Below, piece after piece: positions 61,835-64,000 of a stretch of DNA of 64,000 bases. The stretch comes from Camelus ferus (taxonomy: Eukaryota): NCBI RefSeq assembly GCF_009834535.1, contig NC_045716.1:22134001-22198000 (forward strand), written 5' to 3'. The notes under the pieces are model-generated. The model searched no databases, had not been told where the DNA came from, and saw only the letters and a program-made list of their open reading frames with translations. The position numbers and the translations under genes were made by a program. Positions within the stretch are counted from its first letter, which is position 1; the number at the start of each line of letters is the position of its first letter.

Positions 61835-63800
61835 ACTGCTGGATTGAGACATAATTGGCATGTAGTAACTGCACATATTTAAAGCATACAGTGTGACAAG
61901 TTTTGACATTTGCATATACCCGGGAATCCATCAGCACAGCCACAGTGGACATATCCATCACCCTCAAAATCTTCCCCGGGTCCTCTCCTCTCGCCTCTCC
62001 CTAACCCCCACCCTCGTCCCCAGACAACCAATGGTTTGCTTTCTGTCTCTATAGATTAATTTGCACTTTCAATAATTTTGTGTAATGAATCATATAGTAT
62101 ACATTCTTTTTTTTTTTTTTTTGCCTGATTTCTTTCACTCAGCATAATTATTTTGAGATCCATCTACATTATTGCAGGTTCATATCAACAGTTCATTTCT
62201 TTTTATTGCTGGTGTGTGGTGTGAATATATCACCAGAGTTTATCTGTTCACTTGTTGATGAACATTTGGGTTGTTTCCAGTGCTTGGATATGACAAATAA
62301 AGCAACTGTGAACATTTATGTACAAGTTTTTATGTGGGTACGCATTTTCATTCCTCTTAGGTAGATACCTTCTTAACTTTTTAAGAAACTGTCAAACTGT
62401 TTTCCAAAGGGGTTGTACCACATGCCCACCAGTACTGACTGAGAGTGCCAGTGGCTTCACGTCCTCACCAATACTTGGTATGGTCAGTCTTTTTAATTTT
62501 ACTGATTCTAGTAGGTATATAGTGATATCTCATTAGCATTTTATTTGCACTTCTCTAATGATTAATTTGACACATATCCTACATTCAGTGTTGATGAAAT
62601 AATCTCTCAGCAAACTTGGAATAGAATAGAACATCCTGTACCTGAGCAATAACATCTACAGAAACCCCACAGCTAACAGCACACTTCGTGGTAAAATACT
62701 AAATGCTTTCACCCTAAGACTGGAATGTCCACTCTCATCACCTATTCAACAGCATATTGGAGATTCTAGCCAGTGCAGTAAGATAAGAAAAAGAAATAAA
62801 AGGCATTCAGATTGGGAAGAAAAAAGTAAAACTGTCTTTATTCATGCGTGATCTGATCATTTATGTAGAAAATTTGATGGCATCTCCAAAAAAGCTGCTA
62901 GAATGGATAGGTGAGTTCAACAAGATTTCAGGATATGAGATCCATACAGAAAAGTCAATTATATTTCTATTTATTAACCACAAATAGTCAAAAATGGAAA
63001 TACATTATGCCAGTTAATAATAGCATAAAAACATGTGGTAGTTAGAGATGAATCTGATAAGACGTGTAAGACCTGCACGCTGAAAACTGTAAAACATTGC
63101 TGAGAGAAAGGAAGACCTTAAAGACAGAGATCGCACCATATGCATAGATTAGAAGCCTCAATATTAAGATATTCATTTTTACTGAGACATAATTACATAC
63201 AGCCAAGCGTACTGATCCTAAGTGCACAATTCAACAAGTTTTGACAAATGCACACCTGTGTAACACAAACCCTTATAAGACAGAGACATCCCCACCACTC
63301 TAGAAGGTTTCTTTTTAACCCCAGTCAACCCCTGTCCTCCCAGGAACAACTACTTTCACCGTAGATTAATTTTGCTTGTTCTGGAATTTCATATAAATGC
63401 TCAACATCCAATTTTAAAATACATTTTCAACAGTAATTTATTTTTTAGACTTAATTGGTTGACTGCTTACTCTTAATTCATTCCTGATTCCTCAACTTCC
63501 CCATTTTTGAGTTTTGTATTTTAATTCCTCTCCAGACAGTTGGTGTGCCTTCAGATACTTTTTTCAAAAAAGGCAGGTGGTGATATAATTTTCTGAACCC
63601 CTGTGGATGAGAGAATGACATTCTGTCGCCTCTGTACGGGGACAGTGATTTGGCTGGCTTAGGATTCGTGACCTGGTTCCACTGTCTGCTAGTGTTTAGT
63701 GTTGTGGAGTCTGAGGTCACCTTGAATTTTGTTCCTTTGAAGGTAACCTTCTTTTTCTGTCTGGATGCTTTTGGATTTTTTTTTTTTTTTGCTTTCATTT
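61835..63800. mobile_element. Mosaic of old L1 fragments: minus-strand 3' ends at ~61835-62570 and ~63180-63410, a plus-strand ORF2 piece at ~62590-63175, and a further minus-strand piece to ~63800
   Basis: CTATTCAACAGCATATTGGAGATTCTAGCCAGTGCAGTAAGATAAGAAAAAGAAATAAAAGGCATTCAGATTGG is decayed L1 RT; GAGACATAATTGGCATG...GTGTGACAAGTTTTGACA is L1 3' UTR-like. Confidence 0.8.
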
Positions 63801-64000
63801 TTGAAATTCAAATTCTGGCATTCTCCAAGGCAGAAAATGGAAATGTCTTAAGAGGAAAAAGTTGGTGCTCATTGTTCCCGGTAAAGCGTTATGGAGTAAT
63901 GAGATGGAAATTTAAATGGTCGTGTACATCCAAGTGCCTGCTGCAACCCAAAGTAGTCCCCTTGACAGAGATGTTGCCTCTAGCAAATGTCTTTGGGAGC

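Overview
Mammalian genomic DNA syntenic with human 1q21.3. A repeated tRNA-derived SINE suggests a camelid, but this is an inference. Gene order: FLAD1 (minus strand, 5' part only, runs off the left edge), CKS1B (minus), a bidirectional CpG promoter, then SHC1, PYGO2, PBXIP1 and PMVK (all plus). Exon boundaries were placed by hand from splice signals and recalled orthologue protein sequences. They give intact frames for CKS1B (79 aa), p66 SHC1 (583/584 aa), PBXIP1 (729 aa) and PMVK (192 aa). Runs of N hide parts of SHC1 and PYGO2 coding exons, so those parts are inferred. The rest is introns, UTRs and MIR, L2, MER5, L1 and SINE relics, which dominate beyond about 39 kb. I found no convincing new gene. 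The best leads are hidden isoform and translational-control features of known genes: a FLAD1 hydrolase-only read-through whose stop lies inside an AATAAA; a stop-riddled homologue of the human FLAD1 mitochondrial extension; a uORF predicted to end on the p52 SHC1 start codon; an in-frame 141-codon alternative acceptor and a GC donor in PBXIP1; candidate poison exons in CKS1B and SHC1; and CCPG1-like motifs plus a CLEAR site at PBXIP1.
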